DNA of 64,000 nucleotides from an uncultured delta proteobacterium (lineage in GTDB: Bacteria; Desulfobacterota; Syntrophia; Syntrophales; UBA2192): positions 35,573 through 99,572 of the forward strand of contig CAVPJD010000014.1 of assembly GCA_963705165.1 (NCBI GenBank), written 5' to 3'. A model generated the notes under the pieces. That model did not search any database. It was given only the letters and a program-made list of their open reading frames with translations, and was not told the DNA's origin. Of the stretch, positions 63,102 to 64,000 are shown piece after piece (within the stretch, counting starts at the first letter, position 1; each line of letters opens with the position of its first letter). The translations under genes and the position numbers were made by a program.

Positions 63102-64000
63102 TCAGGCTTTTTTTCTTTTTACAAACTTTTCCACCTCGATTGCGATGAGGGGAATGAAGGACAGGGCGACGCACAGCAGAAGCTCTCCGGTTGTGAGGGG
63201 GTCCGTCTTGAAAATAGGGTTCAGGGACGGCACGTAGATCACCGCGAGTTGCAGCAGCACCCCGGCAAGTACTGCTCCCAGCATGGCCTTATTGGTGAAG
63301 AACCCCAGCTTGAACAGGGACTCCTTTTCCGAGCGAACCGCCAGGGCCGTCGTCAGCTGGCCCCAGACGATAACCGTGAAGACCATGGTTTCCCACCGGT
63401 CATTGCCTATTGCAATCTCCAGGTACTGAAGCCCGATGCAGAGGACCGCCATCAGCAGGCCCACCCAGACGCAGAAAACACCCAGCCCGTGTGCGAAGAT
63501 GCTCTCCTGCGGGTCCCGCGGCGGACGCTTCATCACCTCGCCCTCGGCTGGCTCCACGGCGAGGGCCAGCGCCGGGAGGCTGTCCGTCACGAGGTTCATC
63601 CAGAGGATCTGATCGGCTGCAGGGGAAGGGGCAACCCCAGGATGGGGGCCAGGAAGAGCGTCCAAACCTCGCCGGAATTACAGGCCAGGAGGTACTTGAT
63701 AAACTTCCGGATGTTGTCATAGATCATCCGGCCTTCCTTGACGGCGTTGACGATGGTAGCGAAGTTGTCGTCCAACAGGATCATGTGAGAGGCTTCCTTG
63801 GAGACATCGGTCCCCGTGATCCCCATGGCGATCCCGATGTCGGCCCGCTTGAGCGCCGGGGCATCGTTCACGCCGTCACCCGTCATGGCCACGATCTGCC
63901 CTTTGTCCTGAAGGGCCTTCACGATCTTGAGCTTCTGCTCGGGGATCATCCGCGCGTAGACCCGGATGTCCTCCACCTGGTTCTCAAAGTCCTCGAGGGA
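63102..64000 (-). CDS. Cation-transporting P-type ATPase (Ca2+-type), C-terminal part, frameshift near 63615
   Basis: [44 protein letters not shown]. Confidence 0.92.

Overview
High-GC bacterial chromosomal window whose gene content and order point to an anaerobic Desulfobacterota member, probably Syntrophales-like (inference). From left to right it holds part of the F1Fo ATP synthase operon (atpF2-F-H-A-G-D), a bactofilin, the mreBCD-mrdA-rodA elongasome and a SurA/PpiD chaperone. A C1 cysteine peptidase, two Slp lipoproteins, an L,D-transpeptidase / Lpp-like lipoprotein / YafK-like trio and a CBS-DRTGG pyrophosphatase follow. Next come a 4-PAS histidine kinase with a NarL-type regulator, tRNA-Ala(GGC), tRNA-Leu(CAA), a DEAD-box helicase, leuA-C-D-B with a Leu-rich attenuator, gltX and an atypical sigma-70 factor. 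A PAS-LuxR regulator precedes a butyrate-type beta-oxidation cluster, followed by queF, pyk and gpmA. The right end has an ATP-grasp/methyltransferase + YdjC deacetylase + GT4 operon, a stand-alone MshEN protein, an MFS transporter, an IS481 element, a menA-like gene, rubrerythrin and a partial P-type ATPase. Best candidates for undescribed biology: (1) five unannotated 33-46 aa microproteins around the two-component system, including two paralogous WxDPMCGP peptides behind two promoters with identical TCAGAC/GTCTGA operator geometry, and a translationally coupled DWNxY pair; (2) a glycosyltransferase-deacetylase-ligase-methyltransferase operon with mycothiol/bacillithiol-like logic; (3) a leader-peptide/terminator attenuator in front of the ATP synthase operon. 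Many single-base frameshifts, including in atpA, look like assembly errors. All calls come from manual reading; no database searches were run.
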